Below, piece after piece: positions 23,782 through 24,000 of a DNA stretch of 24,000 nucleotides. Where the stretch lies: the NCBI RefSeq assembly GCF_016405905.1, contig NZ_JAEFCB010000004.1, forward strand, positions 297,710 through 321,709. Reading direction: 5' to 3'. Source of the DNA: Variovorax sp. IB41. Lineage in GTDB: Bacteria; Pseudomonadota; Gammaproteobacteria; Burkholderiales; Burkholderiaceae_C. Position numbers and translations under genes: made by a program. The notes under the pieces are model-generated. The model worked only from the letters and a program-made list of their open reading frames with translations. It was not told the DNA's origin and did no database searches. Every line of letters starts with the position of its first letter. The stretch's first letter is position 1.

Positions 23782-24000
23782 TGTTCGATCTCACGGGAAA
23801 AGTCGCACTCGTCACCGGCGGCAACGGCGGCATAGGTCTCGGCATGGCACTGGGCCTGGCGAAAGCCGGAGCGCGCGTCATCGTCGCGGCGCGCAATGCG
23901 CAGAAGTCGGCCGCCGCGGTGGAAGCACTCAAGGCCCTGGGCAGCGACAGCTTCGCGCTCGAAGTCGACGTGACCAGCGAAGCCTCCGTGCAGAAGGGGT
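23781..24000 (+). CDS. SDR-family oxidoreductase (FabG/3-oxoacyl reductase-like), N-terminal part, runs off the window end
   Basis: ATG 23781 shares one nucleotide with the paaZ stop (TGATG). The sequence MFDLTGKVALVTGGNGGIGLGMALGLAKAGARVIVAARN carries the TGxxxGIG Rossmann motif. Confidence 0.8.
   Translation, partial: MFDLTGKVALVTGGNGGIGLGMALGLAKAGARVIVAARNAQKSAAAVEALKALGSDSFALEVDVTSEASVQKG

Noticed and set aside
1-24000. A search for mobile-element hallmarks that could explain the acylase and ABC insertions, such as a transposase, integrase, tRNA gene, long terminal inverted repeats, or direct repeats flanking 10080-12524 or 16605-21706.
   Set aside because: None was found. Codon usage of the cargo genes looks the same as in the flanking paa genes, so there is no sequence evidence for recent horizontal insertion. 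The REP-like elements do not flank the cargo blocks.

Overview
This is a high-GC chromosomal segment, roughly two-thirds G+C by eye, and real genes have G/C at nearly all third codon positions. It looks betaproteobacterial; Comamonadaceae or Variovorax-like is only an inference from gene content and repeat type. All calls come from reading the translations and recalling family motifs, with no database search. The left quarter (1-5993) holds a partial TatD-family hydrolase gene, a membrane-anchored PDZ-less S1C serine protease followed by a translationally coupled MoxR AAA+ / DUF58 / BatA-like VWA trio, and a TetR regulator divergent from an SDR oxidoreductase. Twin palindromic operators sit between that TetR and SDR pair. 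The rest (5975-24000) is a phenylacetate (paa) catabolic cluster. paaY plus a TetR-type regulator (candidate paaR) lie on the minus strand. They diverge from one long plus-strand array: paaG-paaI-paaK-[penicillin-G-acylase-type lipoprotein]-paaA-paaB-paaC-paaD-paaE-[4-gene LivK/HAAT-type ABC importer with a fused permease-ATPase]-paaZ-SDR. The most interesting points are these. First, two non-canonical cargo blocks (acylase and ABC importer) are wired into the paa operon, suggesting one integrated system that releases, imports, activates and degrades phenylacetate from phenylacetyl conjugates. Second, a family of long palindromic REP-like elements (four copies plus tandem reiterations of the element head) lies in two intra-operon spacers. 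Third, a structured 130-nt paaD/paaE spacer is spanned exactly by a 45-codon ORF with ATGA overlaps at both ends. Fourth, a 22-bp palindrome with an ACCG-N2-CG-N2-CGGT core is placed so it can control both divergent paa promoters. I found no rRNA, tRNA, CRISPR array, transposase or integrase. Most long ORFs in the supplied track are antisense or out-of-frame artefacts of the high GC content.
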